Below are positions 48,388 to 59,792 of a stretch of 64,000 bases of DNA, one piece after another; position 1 is the first letter of the stretch; every line of letters starts with the position of its first letter. Origin of the DNA: Minisyncoccota bacterium (GTDB taxonomy: Bacteria; Patescibacteriota; Minisyncoccia; JBAYJV01); the NCBI GenBank assembly GCA_041664925.1, contig JBAYJV010000002.1, forward strand, positions 264,302-328,301, read 5' to 3'. A program made the position numbers and the translations under genes. A model generated the notes under the pieces. It did not search any database and was not told where the DNA came from. It saw only the letters and a program-made list of their open reading frames with translations.

Positions 48388-49410
48388 ATGTTTGTTAAAC
48401 AAATCGGCATCGACCTTGGTACAGTTAATACCTTAATCTATATCCCTAAGAAGGGGATTGTTTTAAATGAACCCTCTTTGGCTGTTTTTCGTAAAGGAGA
48501 AACTAAGCCAATAGCCGTAGGATTAATAGCTAAAGAAATGGTTGGGCGCATGCCTTCAGAGTTAGTAACAAGATCTCCTCTTAGAGATGGTGCTATTGCA
48601 GACTACAAAGCAACAGAAATAATTCTTAATTATTTTATTAATAAGGTAATTGGACCTCTTCAATTTTTTAAACCTGACGTAGTAATGTCTGTGCCAGCAG
48701 GGATTAGCTCTAGTGAAAAAAGAGCTATCACAGACGCCACATTGCGCATTGGAGCAAAGAATGTTTATTTGGTAAAAGAACCATTGCTTGCGGCCATTGG
48801 CGCTGGAATAAAAACGAATCAACCAGCAGGCCATATGGTCGTTGGAGTAGGAGGTGGAACCTCTGAAGTGGCAGTATTGTCCCTTGGATCAATAGTCGCG
48901 TTTGCGTCTCTTAAAATTGGAGGAATTAAAATGGATGAAAGTATTAAAGAATACATCAGAAAAAAATATAATTTGGAAATTGGATCAAGTACTGCTGAAA
49001 AAATAAAAATAGAAATTAGCAAAACAAATCCGGAAAATAAAAGAAATACAGTTCTTGTGAAAGGCCAAGATGTTATCGAAGGATTACCAGGAACGATCGA
49101 AGTTCAGGAAAGTGAAATTTCATCATGTCTCCAGGATATTTTAATAGACATCTCTCAAGCAATAAAAAATGTTCTTCAGCAAACTCCTCCCGAACTTTCA
49201 GCTGACATACTAGAAGAAGGAATAACTTTAACTGGCGGGGGATCGTTGACAAAAGATTTGCCAGAAATAATTCAAAGAGAGACTGGAATAGCTTGCTATC
49301 TCGCTGAAGACCCTCTTTTGTGTGTGATCAAGGGCATTGGTCAATCATTGAAAAATCTCGATAATTATAAAAAAGTTTTAACTCACAAAAGACCAGTTCC
49401 GTCCTATTGA
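48388..49410 (+). CDS. mreB: rod shape-determining protein MreB
   Basis: IGIDLGT.NTLIY, actin-fold motifs, 340 aa. Confidence 0.9.
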   Translation: MFVKQIGIDLGTVNTLIYIPKKGIVLNEPSLAVFRKGETKPIAVGLIAKEMVGRMPSELVTRSPLRDGAIADYKATEIILNYFINKVIGPLQFFKPDVVMSVPAGISSSEKRAITDATLRIGAKNVYLVKEPLLAAIGAGIKTNQPAGHMVVGVGGGTSEVAVLSLGSIVAFASLKIGGIKMDESIKEYIRKKYNLEIGSSTAEKIKIEISKTNPENKRNTVLVKGQDVIEGLPGTIEVQESEISSCLQDILIDISQAIKNVLQQTPPELSADILEEGITLTGGGSLTKDLPEIIQRETGIACYLAEDPLLCVIKGIGQSLKNLDNYKKVLTHKRPVPSY

Positions 49411-49434
49411 CTCCGCTTATCTGTGTGCTATAAT
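49407..49434 (+). promoter_or_regulatory. candidate promoter of the rpsL-rpsG-fusA-tuf-rpsJ cluster
   Basis: TTGACT, 16-nt spacer, TG-extended TATAAT. Located 33 nt upstream of the rpsL ATG; the -35 overlaps the mreB stop. Confidence 0.5.
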
Positions 49435-49466
49435 GAACATTCTGTTAATTTTATAATCAGCTAGCT

Positions 49467-49889
49467 ATGCCTACTATCAACCAACTCGTTAGAAAATCTA
49501 GAAAAAAAATCAAGAATACTTCTAATACTCCTTCGTTAAAAAAGGGTTTTAATGTTTTAATAAATAAACCAAGTTATTATTGTTCTCCATTCAAGCGAGG
49601 AGTAGTAACAAAAGTTTCCACGACAACTCCCAAAAAACCAAACTCAGCATTGCGAAAAATTGCCCGTGTTCGCCTAACAAATAATACCGAAGTCACTGCT
49701 TATATTCCAGGAGAAGGTCATAACATTCAGGAACATTCTATTGTTTTAGTTAGGGGTGGTCGTGTAAAGGATCTTCCAGGTGTGCGTTATCATATTGTAA
49801 GAGGAACATTGGACGTTGAGGGGGTAACCAAAAGAAAACAACAAAGAAGTAAATACGGAGCTAAAAGAGAAAAATCAGAAACTTCATAA
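49467..49889 (+). CDS. rpsL: 30S ribosomal protein S12
   Basis: [10 protein letters not shown] and [10 protein letters not shown] motifs. Confidence 0.95.
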   Translation: MPTINQLVRKSRKKIKNTSNTPSLKKGFNVLINKPSYYCSPFKRGVVTKVSTTTPKKPNSALRKIARVRLTNNTEVTAYIPGEGHNIQEHSIVLVRGGRVKDLPGVRYHIVRGTLDVEGVTKRKQQRSKYGAKREKSETS

Positions 49890-49908
49890 ACAATAAAGAC
49901 ATATTATT

Positions 49909-50379
49909 ATGCGAAAAAAGAAAAAAGTTGATCGAAAAATAGTTTCAGATCCAGTTTACGGAGATGTTTTAATAGCAAAATTTACAAATCATCTTATGGT
50001 ATCTGGAAAAAAGAGTATTGCTAGAAAAATTATCTACGATTGTTTTGATTTGATTAAAGAAAGGACAAAGAAAGATCCTGTTGAAATTTTTCAAGATGCA
50101 ATTAACAACGCTGCTCCAAGAGTTGAGGTAGTTTCTAGACGAATTGGTGGAGCACGTTATCAAATTCCAAAAGAAGTAAGCGGTGAAAGAAAGACCACCC
50201 TAGCTATGCGTTGGCTGATCGGGTCTGCCAGAAAATCACACGGAAAATCTATGTCAGAAAAGCTTTTTACAGAATTAACCGCTGCTGCTAAGCACGAAGG
50301 TGAGGCAATAAAGAAAAAGCGTGAAATTGAAAAGATTGCTGAAGCTAATAGGGCTTTTGCTCATTTTGCGTGGCGATAG
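49909..50379 (+). CDS. rpsG: 30S ribosomal protein S7
   Basis: S7 conserved core, position between rpsL and fusA. Confidence 0.95.
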   Translation: MRKKKKVDRKIVSDPVYGDVLIAKFTNHLMVSGKKSIARKIIYDCFDLIKERTKKDPVEIFQDAINNAAPRVEVVSRRIGGARYQIPKEVSGERKTTLAMRWLIGSARKSHGKSMSEKLFTELTAAAKHEGEAIKKKREIEKIAEANRAFAHFAWR

Positions 50380-50426
50380 AAAATTAAGTGATTTTTAATG
50401 TAATTTTTTTTATTTAATCAGGAAAA

Positions 50427-52535
50427 ATGCCCAGAGAATATCCTATCAAAAGAACTCGCGACATTGGTATTATAGCTCACATCGATGCTGGTAAAACCAC
50501 ATTCAGTGAAAGAGTTTTGTTTTACACAGGAGTATCTCACAAGATCGGAGAAGTTCATGAAGGAGCAGCCATTATGGACTGGATGGAACAGGAAAGAGAA
50601 AGAGGAATCACCATTACTTCTGCTGCTACCACTTGTTTCTGGACACCTTCTTATTTAGAACCTAAAAAAGAAAACGAGTATCGTATTAATATTATTGATA
50701 CTCCCGGACACGTAGATTTTACAATAGAAGTGGAAAGGTCATTAAGAGTTCTTGATGGAGGCGTAGTTGTTTTTGATGGCGTAGCTGGTGTTGAAGCTCA
50801 ATCAGAGACCGTCTGGCATCAAGCTGATAAATATAAAGTTCCGAGGGTTTGTTTTATTAATAAACTTGATCGATTGGGTGCTAGTTTTGAAAGAAGTTTT
50901 GCTTCAATTATTGATCGTCTAACACCCAATGCAGTCGCTATGCAAATTCCTATTGGCCTAGAACAAAAACATGAAGGCATAATTGATCTTTTAATCAGAA
51001 AGGCTTATTACTTTGAAGGAGAAAATGGAGAAAAGGTTATAATGAAAGATATCCCTGAAGAATACAAAAAGGAAGTAGAAGAAAAGAGGCATACATTAAT
51101 AGAAAAGATAGTAGAAACAGATGTTATTTTGATGGAAAAATATTTGGAAGGCGATGAGCCGTCGGTTGATGAATTAAAGATTGCCCTAAGAAACGCTACT
51201 ATTTCATATAAACTTGTTCCTGTTTTGTGTGGCTCAGCTCTAAAAAATAAGGGCATTCAGTTGGTACTTGACGCCGTTTGCGATTATCTACCAAGTCCCT
51301 CTGATCTCCCGGCTGTTCAGGGTATAAATCCAAAAACAGGGAAAGAGGAAACCAGAGAAAGCTCAGACGAGTTGCCATTTGCTGCACTTGCATTTAAGGT
51401 GGCAACAGATCCATATGTCGGCCAATTAACTTATTTCAGAGTTTACTCTGGTACGTTGAAAAAAGGAAGTTATCTTTTAAATGCTAAAAATAATAAAAGA
51501 GAAAGAATTGGTCGTATATTAAGAATGCATGCTAATAAGCGCGAGGAAATAGACGAAATATTTTCTGGAGATATTGGTGCTGCCGTTGGTCTAGTAAGCA
51601 CTACTACTGGAGATACGTTGTGCGACCAAGATCATCCTATTATCCTTGAATCAATTGAATTTCCAGATCCGGTTATTGATATTCGTATCGAACCAAAAAC
51701 TAAAGCCGATCAAGAGAAAATGGGTATTGCCCTTAAGAAGCTTATGGAAGAAGATCCAAGTTTTAGAGTAAAAACAGACGAAGAGACCGCGGAAACGATC
51801 TTGTCAGGAATGGGAGAACTTCATCTTGAAATTATTGTAGACAGAATGTTTAGAGAGTTTAAAGTTGAGGCAAATGTCGGTCGTCCCCAAGTAGCATACA
51901 AAGAAACCATTAAGGGTAGTTCTGAAGCAGAAGGTAAATACGTCAGACAAACTGGTGGTCGCGGTCAGTACGGTCATGTCTGGATTAAAATGGAGCCACT
52001 AGAAAGAGGAAAGCAATTTGAATTCGTGAATGCTATCAGGGGAGGCACTATTCCTCAGGAATATATCCCCGCTATTCAAAAAGGAACTAAAGAAGCTATG
52101 GATAGGGGAGTTTTGGCTGGATATCCATTAATAGACGCAAAAGTTACTCTTTTCGATGGTTCGTTCCACGAAGTTGACTCTTCTGAAATTGCTTTTAAAA
52201 TAGCCGCGTCTATAGCTCTTCAAGAAGCAAGTAAAAAAGCAGGTCTTGTTCTGCTTGAGCCCGTCATGAGAACACAAGTAACCCTACCTCCTCAGTTTTT
52301 GGGAGACGTTACTGGAGATCTTAATTCAAGACGCGCTAAAATAACCCATATGGATGATCGCGGTATGATGAAAGTTATTGACGCCATGGTGCCATTGGCA
52401 GAAATGTTCGGATATGCAACAAACTTAAGATCTTTAACTGAAGGAAGAGCTATTTACACTATGGAATTTGATCATTATGCTCAGACCCCTGAGAATATAA
52501 TGCAAAAAGTTATTGCTCAGAAAAAAGGAAATTAA
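50427..52535 (+). CDS. fusA: elongation factor G
   Basis: [22 protein letters not shown], 702 aa. Confidence 0.95.
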   Translation: MPREYPIKRTRDIGIIAHIDAGKTTFSERVLFYTGVSHKIGEVHEGAAIMDWMEQERERGITITSAATTCFWTPSYLEPKKENEYRINIIDTPGHVDFTIEVERSLRVLDGGVVVFDGVAGVEAQSETVWHQADKYKVPRVCFINKLDRLGASFERSFASIIDRLTPNAVAMQIPIGLEQKHEGIIDLLIRKAYYFEGENGEKVIMKDIPEEYKKEVEEKRHTLIEKIVETDVILMEKYLEGDEPSVDELKIALRNATISYKLVPVLCGSALKNKGIQLVLDAVCDYLPSPSDLPAVQGINPKTGKEETRESSDELPFAALAFKVATDPYVGQLTYFRVYSGTLKKGSYLLNAKNNKRERIGRILRMHANKREEIDEIFSGDIGAAVGLVSTTTGDTLCDQDHPIILESIEFPDPVIDIRIEPKTKADQEKMGIALKKLMEEDPSFRVKTDEETAETILSGMGELHLEIIVDRMFREFKVEANVGRPQVAYKETIKGSSEAEGKYVRQTGGRGQYGHVWIKMEPLERGKQFEFVNAIRGGTIPQEYIPAIQKGTKEAMDRGVLAGYPLIDAKVTLFDGSFHEVDSSEIAFKIAASIALQEASKKAGLVLLEPVMRTQVTLPPQFLGDVTGDLNSRRAKITHMDDRGMMKVIDAMVPLAEMFGYATNLRSLTEGRAIYTMEFDHYAQTPENIMQKVIAQKKGN

Positions 52536-52566
52536 AATTTATTGTTTATTTTTTGAGTATAAGGTG

Positions 52567-52595
52567 TTGACATTTTAGTTCTTGTACCTTAAGAT
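52567..52595 (+). promoter_or_regulatory. candidate internal promoter upstream of tuf
   Basis: TTGACA, 17-nt spacer, TAAGAT. A 5' UTR hairpin ttgtctt-tttata-aagacaa follows. Confidence 0.35.
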
Positions 52596-52691
52596 AGGTT
52601 ATATAACTAAAGATAAAATCTGTATTTAAGTCGGAGGTTAGTTTTTTGTCTTTTTATAAGACAAAAACTTACGACATTTAATATAAAAAAT

Positions 52692-53888
52692 ATGGCCGAA
52701 AAATTTGAACGAACAAAACCCCATGTTAATGTTGGAACCATTGGTCACGTTGATCATGGCAAGACAACTTTAACCGCAGCTATATTAAAAGTTGCAGGCC
52801 TAAAAGGAATGAAGGCCTCAAAAAAAGGTATCGATGAAATCGATTCAGCCCCAGAAGAAAAGGCAAGAGGTGTTACGATTAACCTAGCTCATGTTGAGTA
52901 CGAAACTGACAAGAGACATTATGCGCACATTGACGCTCCGGGACATGCTGATTATATCAAAAACATGATCACCGGTGCTGCTCAGATGGATGGAGCCGTT
53001 TTGGTAGTATCAGCTGCTGATGGTCCGATGCCTCAAACTCGAGAACATATTCTTTTGGCTAGACAGGTTGGTGTTCCTTCGATTGTTGTCTTCCTTAATA
53101 AAGTTGACCAAGTTGATGATCCAGAGCTTATTGATTTAGTTGAAGCTGAAGTCCGAGAACTTTTGAATAAATACGAGTTTGATGGTGATAAAATTCCATT
53201 CATTCGCGGTTCAGCTCTTAAGGTTATGGAAGAAGTTACAAGTGCCGATGATGAAGCAGCCAAGCCCATTCTTGAACTCTTGAAAACTCTTGACGATTAC
53301 ATTCCCGAACCAGAAAGACAAATTGATAAGCCATTCTTGATGCCAGTCGAAGACACCTTCTCTATAGAAGGAAGAGGATTGGTGGTTACTGGCCGTATTG
53401 AAAGAGGAGTTATTGGTCTCAATAAGGAAGTAGAAGTCGTTGGACTTAGGCCAACTCAAAAAACAGTGGTAACTGGTATTGAAATGTTCAACAAAAGCCT
53501 TGACGAAGGAAGGGCAGGCGACAATGCAGGCATTCTTCTTAGAGGTCTCAAAAAAGAAGATGTTGAAAGAGGTCAGGTCTTGGCCGCTCCCGGTTCTATT
53601 ACTCCTCATACAGAATTCGATTGCGAAATATATGTTTTAAGTAAAGATGAAGGTGGTCGCCATACTCCATTCACTGCTGGCTATAAGCCTCAATTCTATA
53701 TTCGTACCGCTGACGTAACCGGTGAAATTGTTCTTCCAGAAGGCACAGAGATGGTTATGCCGGGCGATACTATTAGTATTAAAGTAACCCTTCAAAAAGC
53801 CGTTGCTCTAGAAGAAAAACAAAAGTTTGCACTCAGAGAAGGTGGTCACACAGTTGGAGCAGGTAATGTTTCAAAGATTATCAAATAA
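52692..53888 (+). CDS. tuf: elongation factor Tu
   Basis: [22 protein letters not shown], 398 aa. Confidence 0.95.
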   Translation: MAEKFERTKPHVNVGTIGHVDHGKTTLTAAILKVAGLKGMKASKKGIDEIDSAPEEKARGVTINLAHVEYETDKRHYAHIDAPGHADYIKNMITGAAQMDGAVLVVSAADGPMPQTREHILLARQVGVPSIVVFLNKVDQVDDPELIDLVEAEVRELLNKYEFDGDKIPFIRGSALKVMEEVTSADDEAAKPILELLKTLDDYIPEPERQIDKPFLMPVEDTFSIEGRGLVVTGRIERGVIGLNKEVEVVGLRPTQKTVVTGIEMFNKSLDEGRAGDNAGILLRGLKKEDVERGQVLAAPGSITPHTEFDCEIYVLSKDEGGRHTPFTAGYKPQFYIRTADVTGEIVLPEGTEMVMPGDTISIKVTLQKAVALEEKQKFALREGGHTVGAGNVSKIIK

Positions 53889-53902
53889 TTCAATTTAATC
53901 GT

Positions 53903-54331
53903 ATGCCTAAAGCATTAGCTACCAATAAAGTAGAAAAAAAAGTAAAGAAACCTGTTGTAGTTGCTTCAAAAAAAGAGGCTTCAAAAAAAGTTATTGCTCA
54001 AAAAGCTAAGCTTAAGACAGAGACAGAGGAGCAAAAAATTAGAATAAAGATAAGAGCATACGATCATCGTCTTATTGATGAAAGTGCCAAAAAAATTATC
54101 GACGATACCCTAAGACAAGGAGCAAAAGTTTGTGGTCCAATTCCTCTTCCTACGGAAACCCACAAATGGACAATAAATCGATCAACTTTTGTTCATAAAG
54201 ACGCTAGAGATCAATACGAAATGAGAATTTTTAAGAGAATCATTGACATTGTTAATCCTAATGCTAAGATTATTGATTCGTTGTCGAGACTAGATCTTCC
54301 GGCAGGTGTTGATATCGAGATAAAATATTAA
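53903..54331 (+). CDS. rpsJ: 30S ribosomal protein S10 with a ~40 aa Lys-rich N-terminal extension
   Basis: C-terminal 100 aa match the S10 core ([10 protein letters not shown]...DARDQYEMR). The ATG at 53903 lacks an SD; an internal gaggag SD lies 6 nt before ATT AGA ATA. Confidence 0.85.
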   Translation: MPKALATNKVEKKVKKPVVVASKKEASKKVIAQKAKLKTETEEQKIRIKIRAYDHRLIDESAKKIIDDTLRQGAKVCGPIPLPTETHKWTINRSTFVHKDARDQYEMRIFKRIIDIVNPNAKIIDSLSRLDLPAGVDIEIKY

Positions 54332-54403
54332 TCTTTTATTAAATGAAATTTGATCTTAAAAGACACTTTTAAGATTCTGCCAAAATTTAAGATTTAACCG
54401 AAT

Positions 54404-54428
54404 AACCTGGTTAAATCCAGGTTTTTTG
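54404..54428 (+). terminator. intrinsic terminator or attenuator-like hairpin between rpsJ and rplC
   Basis: aacctgg-ttaaat-ccaggtt followed by TTTTTT. Preceded by a second hairpin atcttaaaag...cttttaagat. Confidence 0.45.
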
Positions 54429-54451
54429 GTGAAATAGCTCAAAAGCTAATA

Positions 54452-55096
54452 ATGACAGACTCAAAGACTACAACTGAAAACTTTATTCTGGGACTAAAAC
54501 TTGGCATGTCTCAAGTATTTGGCGAAAAAGGAGAAGTTATTCCTGTAACACTTGTTAAAGCTGGTCCTTGTTATGTTTTGCAAAGCAAAAATTTTACCAA
54601 AGACGGGTATAGTGCCGTACAGCTGGGGTTTCTACCTAAAAGAAAAACAACTAAAGCGTTATTTGGACACATTAAGAAGAACTTTGAAAAAATAAGCGGT
54701 TTTAGATATTTAAGAGAGTTTATCCTTACCCGACCGGATAGTATTAAAGAAGGTGAAGTTATAGATGTCAAAATGTTTCAAAAGGGGGATAAGCTTAAAA
54801 TCACCAGTATTTCCAAGGGAAAGGGGTTTCAGGGCGTAGTAAAGAGGCATAATTTTCGTGGCGCCTCTGCCACTCACGGAACCAAACATGCTCTCAGACA
54901 GGGCGGATCAATTGGAGCAACCAATAAAGCTCGTGTTTTTAAGGGTATGAAAATGGCAGGAAGAATGGGTGGAAAAACTATTACAATAAAAAATCTTCCA
55001 ATAGTTGATATCAATGAAAAAGAAAATATATTAATAATCAAAGGTGCCGTGTCTGGACCAGTCGGATCCTTATTGAGAATCAATAAAATCAACTAA
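54452..55096 (+). CDS. rplC: 50S ribosomal protein L3
   Basis: L3 core (GKGFQGVVKRHNF.G...HG). Confidence 0.9.
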   Translation: MTDSKTTTENFILGLKLGMSQVFGEKGEVIPVTLVKAGPCYVLQSKNFTKDGYSAVQLGFLPKRKTTKALFGHIKKNFEKISGFRYLREFILTRPDSIKEGEVIDVKMFQKGDKLKITSISKGKGFQGVVKRHNFRGASATHGTKHALRQGGSIGATNKARVFKGMKMAGRMGGKTITIKNLPIVDINEKENILIIKGAVSGPVGSLLRINKIN

Positions 55097-55102
55097 CTCA
55101 CA

Positions 55103-55732
55103 ATGAAAATTGAAGTTTACAACTTATTAGGAGAGTCTACGAAAGAAATAATTATTCCGGAAAGTTTTTCTAAAGAAGAGATTGTTTATGATCTGCTTCA
55201 CGAGACCCTTATTTCTCTGCAAAAAAACCAGCGTCAACCATGGGCTCATACCAAGGATCGTTCTGAGGTTCGTGGTGGTGGAAAGAAACCATGGAAACAA
55301 AAAGGTACTGGTAGGGCACGTCATGGATCTAGTCGTTCTCCTTTATGGCGTGGCGGTGGGGTAACTTTTGGACCATTAAATACTGATATCCCAAAAAGAA
55401 AGATCAATAAAAAATCAGGTAGAAAGACTTTTATTGCGGTTTTCATTGATGCTTTAAAAAATAAAAAAATTGTTGTTGTAGAAAATCTAGCTATAGAAGA
55501 ACCAAAAACAAAATTCTTAATCAATAAAATAGAAAAATTTTTAAGCAAAGAAGAGATCAGTAAGAAATGTCTTATTATAGTTGATAAATTAGATAAAAAT
55601 TTAAAATTAGCAAGTCAAAATCTCAGCCATCTGACTGTTTTGCCAGTAAATAATATTAATATTGAATCTATCTTGATGCCAAAGAAAATATTGATTACAG
55701 AAAGTGCTTTTGGAAAAATTTTAAAAAAATAA
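55103..55732 (+). CDS. rplD: 50S ribosomal protein L4
   Basis: L4 core ([12 protein letters not shown]...P.WRGGG). Confidence 0.9.
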   Translation: MKIEVYNLLGESTKEIIIPESFSKEEIVYDLLHETLISLQKNQRQPWAHTKDRSEVRGGGKKPWKQKGTGRARHGSSRSPLWRGGGVTFGPLNTDIPKRKINKKSGRKTFIAVFIDALKNKKIVVVENLAIEEPKTKFLINKIEKFLSKEEISKKCLIIVDKLDKNLKLASQNLSHLTVLPVNNINIESILMPKKILITESAFGKILKK

Positions 55733-55776
55733 ACAAGTTTAAGTACAAAAAAAGAATTTTGAAATACTGAAAAACA

Positions 55777-56133
55777 ATGAAAGAGAAAACTCAAAAAAAA
55801 GATAGTCAATTAGTTGTAGAAAATAAGATCAGAACTAATTGGCAGGATATAGCTGGAATCTTGGTTGCTCTTCATGTAACCGAGAAAGCTTCCGGCGAAG
55901 AAGCTCAATCTAAGTATATTTTTAGAGTTTTATCTTCGGCAAATAAAATATTAATCAAGAATACTATCGAAAAGCTTTATAACAAAAAAGTGGTCAACGT
56001 GAGTATTATTAATGCTAAGAGAAAATTGAAAAAGAAAAGTGGAAAGATTGGATATCGCCCTGGTTACAAGAAAGCGATTGTCACACTTAAAAAAGGAGAG
56101 AAAATTGACCTTTTTGCTAAAAAAATAGTATAA
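55777..56133 (+). CDS. rplW: 50S ribosomal protein L23
   Basis: L23 core with an N-terminal extension. Operon position. Confidence 0.85.
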   Translation: MKEKTQKKDSQLVVENKIRTNWQDIAGILVALHVTEKASGEEAQSKYIFRVLSSANKILIKNTIEKLYNKKVVNVSIINAKRKLKKKSGKIGYRPGYKKAIVTLKKGEKIDLFAKKIV

Positions 56134-56137
56134 ATTT

Positions 56138-56899
56138 ATGTCACGAATTAAGCCTCTAAAAAAATTAACTAAAACCAAGAAGGAAAAAGCCGGAAGATCA
56201 AACGGCAGAATTACTGTTTGGCATCGAGGAGGAGGACATAAAAGAAAATATCGATTAATAGATTTTAATTGCTTAAAAAATATCAATATTAAGGCTAAGA
56301 TTGAACAGATAGAATATGATCCTAACCGGAATTGTAAGATAGCTAGAATTTTATATCAAAACGGTGAAAGAAATTATATCTTAGCTCCAGATGGTATTAA
56401 GGTTGGAGACAATGTTATTTGTCAGGAAAAAGCTCCCATTAAGATAGGAAATCGAATGAGATTAGAGAATATTCCAACGGGTACATTTGTTTATTGTATT
56501 GAGTTGATACCAGAACAAGGTGGTAAACTAGTAAGATCTGCGGGAAATTATGCTCAATTAACGGCTAAGGAAAAAGAGTATGCCCAGATAATCCTTCCAT
56601 CCAAAGAAGTTCGCTTGGTTTTATCTAGATGCTATGCAAGTATTGGTCAACTTTCTAATCCTCAAGCAAATACCATAAAACTAAGAAAAGCTGGTCAATC
56701 ACGCTGGCGTGGAATCAGGCCAACCGTCAGAGGATCTGCTATGAATCCTGTCGATCATCCACATGGTGGTGGTGAAGGAAGAACTCCAATTGGATTAAAA
56801 GGACCAAAGACTCCTTGGGGAAAGCCAGCGCTCGGCAAAAGAACACGAAATAAGAAAAAATACTCAAGTAGATTTATTATCCAACGTCGCAGTAAATAG
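56138..56899 (+). CDS. rplB: 50S ribosomal protein L2
   Basis: RGGGHKRKYRLIDF and C-terminal GGGEGR.P.G motif. Confidence 0.9.
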   Translation: MSRIKPLKKLTKTKKEKAGRSNGRITVWHRGGGHKRKYRLIDFNCLKNINIKAKIEQIEYDPNRNCKIARILYQNGERNYILAPDGIKVGDNVICQEKAPIKIGNRMRLENIPTGTFVYCIELIPEQGGKLVRSAGNYAQLTAKEKEYAQIILPSKEVRLVLSRCYASIGQLSNPQANTIKLRKAGQSRWRGIRPTVRGSAMNPVDHPHGGGEGRTPIGLKGPKTPWGKPALGKRTRNKKKYSSRFIIQRRSK

Positions 56900-56915
56900 C
56901 TGATAAATTAATACT

Positions 56916-57209
56916 ATGTCACGATCACTCAAAAAAGGATACTTCGTAGATGAAAACTTGATGAAAAAAATAACCAAGACCAAGCCAGGAGAGATTATCA
57001 AGACTTGGTCTAGGCGATCTTCTGTTATTCCAGAGATGATCGGCTATACTTTTGGCATCCATAACGGCAAAGAACATATTCCTGTTAAAATAGTAGAAGA
57101 AATGGTTGGTCATAAATTGGGCGAGTTTGCTGCCACAAGAAAGTTTATTAGACATGGCGGAAAGCTTCAGAAAGAAGAAGAGAAAAAAGCTGTTACTAAA
57201 AGCGAATAA
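56916..57209 (+). CDS. rpsS: 30S ribosomal protein S19
   Basis: [11 protein letters not shown]...GH.LGEFA motif. Confidence 0.9.
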   Translation: MSRSLKKGYFVDENLMKKITKTKPGEIIKTWSRRSSVIPEMIGYTFGIHNGKEHIPVKIVEEMVGHKLGEFAATRKFIRHGGKLQKEEEKKAVTKSE

Positions 57210-57221
57210 TATAAGATAAAC

Positions 57222-57746
57222 ATGATTATCAAAGCAAGTTTAAATTATTTAAATATATCTCCGCGAAAGGTCAGGTTGGTAACGGAAGCAATTAAGGGAC
57301 TAGAAGCAAAAAAAGCAATAGCTCAGCTTTCTTATATCCACAATAGAGCAAGTAAGCCAATTTTAAAGCTCCTATTGAGCGCTATTGCTAATGCTCATCA
57401 TAATTTTAATATTAGCGAAGCTTCCGATTTATACATTAAGAATATTTTTGTTATTCAAGGGCCAATGTTAAAGCGCTGGAGACCACGCGCCTTTGGCAGA
57501 GCCTTCACTGTTAGAAAAAGAAGATCTCATGTAATTATTGAAATTGAAGCAGAAGGATCAAGGAGTGTGGCAAAAAATCAGAAGAAAGTAGTAGATGAAC
57601 ATACTTATGAACAAGAAAAAACTAATATAGAAAATATTAAATTAAATAAAGAAAAGCAACCGTTTTTTAATAAGAAAGAAGAAACAAGTCGAAAAATTCA
57701 AGATAGAAACGTTAAAAAACGATTTTTTCAAAGAAAAGCTATTTAA
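57222..57746 (+). CDS. rplV: 50S ribosomal protein L22 with a ~60 aa C-terminal extension
   Basis: L22 core (SPRKVRLV...IKG) plus a Lys/Glu-rich tail. Confidence 0.85.
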   Translation: MIIKASLNYLNISPRKVRLVTEAIKGLEAKKAIAQLSYIHNRASKPILKLLLSAIANAHHNFNISEASDLYIKNIFVIQGPMLKRWRPRAFGRAFTVRKRRSHVIIEIEAEGSRSVAKNQKKVVDEHTYEQEKTNIENIKLNKEKQPFFNKKEETSRKIQDRNVKKRFFQRKAI

Positions 57747-57757
57747 TTTTCAATAAT

Positions 57758-58408
57758 ATGGGAAAAAAAGTACACCCAAAATCAGTTCGCATAGCAATTA
57801 ACGAAACATGGCCTTCGCGATGGTTTGCTTTTATTAATAAGGGCGGACTAAATAAATATAAAAATAACCTAAAAGAGGATTGTGCGATTAGGGCTTATTT
57901 GGATAAAAAATTAAGATATGCTTCTGTAAAAGAAGTTGAAATCAGAAGATCTCCTCAGCAAGTAAGTGTTTTGATAAAAACAGCTAGGCCAGGTCTCGTT
58001 ATCGGCAAGGGTGGAAAAGATATTGATATTATAAAAAAAGAAATTATAAATCTTTCCAGATCGAATACTGCCGTGAAGATAGATATTGAAGAAGTAAGAA
58101 AACCTGAAAATCAATCCAGAATTATCGCCCTGAGTGTTGCAGAACAATTAGAGAAGAGATTTCCTTATCGTCGTGCTATGAAAAAAGTGCTTGACAAAAT
58201 TATTCTCGGAAAAGAAGTTATGGGGATAAAGATTCGCCTTTCTGGAAGACTCAATGGATCGGAAATTGCAAGAACTGAATGGTTAAGTAAGGGCACGATT
58301 CCTCTGCAAACATTTAGCGCTAATATAGATTACGCCCAAGAAGTAGCTTATACTACTTATGGAACTATCGGTATTAAGGTTTGGCTTTATAAAGAAAAAA
58401 ATAGTTAA
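57758..58408 (+). CDS. rpsC: 30S ribosomal protein S3
   Basis: MGKKVHPKSVRI, KH domain. Confidence 0.9.
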   Translation: MGKKVHPKSVRIAINETWPSRWFAFINKGGLNKYKNNLKEDCAIRAYLDKKLRYASVKEVEIRRSPQQVSVLIKTARPGLVIGKGGKDIDIIKKEIINLSRSNTAVKIDIEEVRKPENQSRIIALSVAEQLEKRFPYRRAMKKVLDKIILGKEVMGIKIRLSGRLNGSEIARTEWLSKGTIPLQTFSANIDYAQEVAYTTYGTIGIKVWLYKEKNS

Positions 58409-58433
58409 AATTTGACATTAGAAACTTTAAACA

Positions 58434-58844
58434 ATGCTTCTACCAAAAAAAGTACAACATAGAAAGTGGCAAAAAGGCGTCTTTAAAGGAAAGGCCACCC
58501 GTGGCAACACGGTTGATTTTGGTCAATACGGGCTTAAGGCACTAGAAATAAAGAGAATAACTTCAAGGCAAATTGAAGCATCTAGGCGTACCATAACAAG
58601 ACAGTTTAAAAAAGAAGGAAAAATCTGGATTAGAATTTTCCCAGATAAACCAATAACATCTAAGGGTGCGGAAGTTCCTATGGGTGCTGGTAAGGGAGAT
58701 GTTTCCCATTTTGTCGCAATGGTAAAACCAGGAACAATTATTTTTGAAGTTGGTGGTGTCAGCGAAAAATTAGCCCGCGAAGCATTAATCCAAGCGGCAT
58801 ACAAATTACCAGTTAGAACAAAATTTGTTAAGGCCTATTCGTAA
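58434..58844 (+). CDS. rplP: 50S ribosomal protein L16
   Basis: [11 protein letters not shown]...L16 core. Confidence 0.9.
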   Translation: MLLPKKVQHRKWQKGVFKGKATRGNTVDFGQYGLKALEIKRITSRQIEASRRTITRQFKKEGKIWIRIFPDKPITSKGAEVPMGAGKGDVSHFVAMVKPGTIIFEVGGVSEKLAREALIQAAYKLPVRTKFVKAYS

Positions 58845-58846
58845 CC

Positions 58847-59074
58847 ATGAAAGAAATTAAAGTTGCTAGACAAAGAAATATTACTGATCTAAGAAAAGAT
58901 ATACAAAGTTGTTGCGAAAAACTTGTTGCTTTGCGTTTTGAACGAGAAGCCGGATCTTTAAAAAAAGTCCATGAAATAAGTGTTACTAAGAAAAAAATAG
59001 CAAGATTTCTTTACCTCATAAGAGAATACGATATTCAACAATCTTCTGAAACAGTAGATCAAGGTAAAAAATAA
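58847..59074 (+). CDS. rpmC: 50S ribosomal protein L29
   Basis: Short helical protein in the expected operon position. Confidence 0.8.
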   Translation: MKEIKVARQRNITDLRKDIQSCCEKLVALRFEREAGSLKKVHEISVTKKKIARFLYLIREYDIQQSSETVDQGKK

Positions 59075-59093
59075 AAGACTAATAAAAATATTA

Positions 59094-59402
59094 ATGAAAA
59101 AGGTAAAAACTTTAAATAAAAATAGCGAATCGGTCGCCTTACTCAATAAGAGTTCTAAACGTAAACAGCTTAAGGGAGTTGTTGTTTCTACGAAGATGGA
59201 GAAAACTATAGTTGTAAAGGTCACAACTACAAAAATCCATCCTGTTTATAAAAAACGCTATCGTTCATATAAAAAATACTTTGCTCATAATCTAGACAAT
59301 GGCTATAAATTGGGAGATTCTGTGGTTATAGAAGAATCAAGGCCAATGAGCGGAAAAAAACGATGGGTAGTTACAAATAAAGTTAAAACGAATCATAAGT
59401 AA
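59094..59402 (+). CDS. rpsQ: 30S ribosomal protein S17
   Basis: KGVVVSTKMEKTIVV motif. Confidence 0.9.
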   Translation: MKKVKTLNKNSESVALLNKSSKRKQLKGVVVSTKMEKTIVVKVTTTKIHPVYKKRYRSYKKYFAHNLDNGYKLGDSVVIEESRPMSGKKRWVVTNKVKTNHK

Positions 59403-59420
59403 ATCATATTTTAAGAAATC

Positions 59421-59786
59421 ATGATCCAGACCGAATCAAAATTAAATATTGCTGACAACACTGGCGCTAAGGTCATTCAGTGTATTAAAGTTCTTGGTGG
59501 ATCTAGGAGAAGATATGCTCGGATTGGAGATATCATAGTCGCCACAGTTAAGATTGCCGAACCTAGAAAAATTGTAAAAAAAAGTGAAGTTATAAAAGCT
59601 GTTGTTGTTAGACAAAAACAATCATATCGTCGCAAAGATGGAAGCTATGTTCGTTTTGATGAAAATGCAGCTGTTGTTTTGGACGGCAAAGAACCTAAGG
59701 GGACTCGCATATTCGGTCCAATACCAAGAGAATTGCGCGACAAGGGTTTCGTAAAAATTATTTCTCTAGCTCAAGATGTAATCTAA
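59421..59786 (+). CDS. rplN: 50S ribosomal protein L14
   Basis: [17 protein letters not shown]. Confidence 0.95.
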   Translation: MIQTESKLNIADNTGAKVIQCIKVLGGSRRRYARIGDIIVATVKIAEPRKIVKKSEVIKAVVVRQKQSYRRKDGSYVRFDENAAVVLDGKEPKGTRIFGPIPRELRDKGFVKIISLAQDVI

Positions 59787-59792
59787 AGAATT

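Noticed and set aside
53033-53609. Antisense ORFs inside tuf (also inside fusA, lepA, ftsZ, secY and others)
   Set aside because: They are embedded antisense to highly conserved genes, have no SD and show biased composition. They are shadow ORFs.
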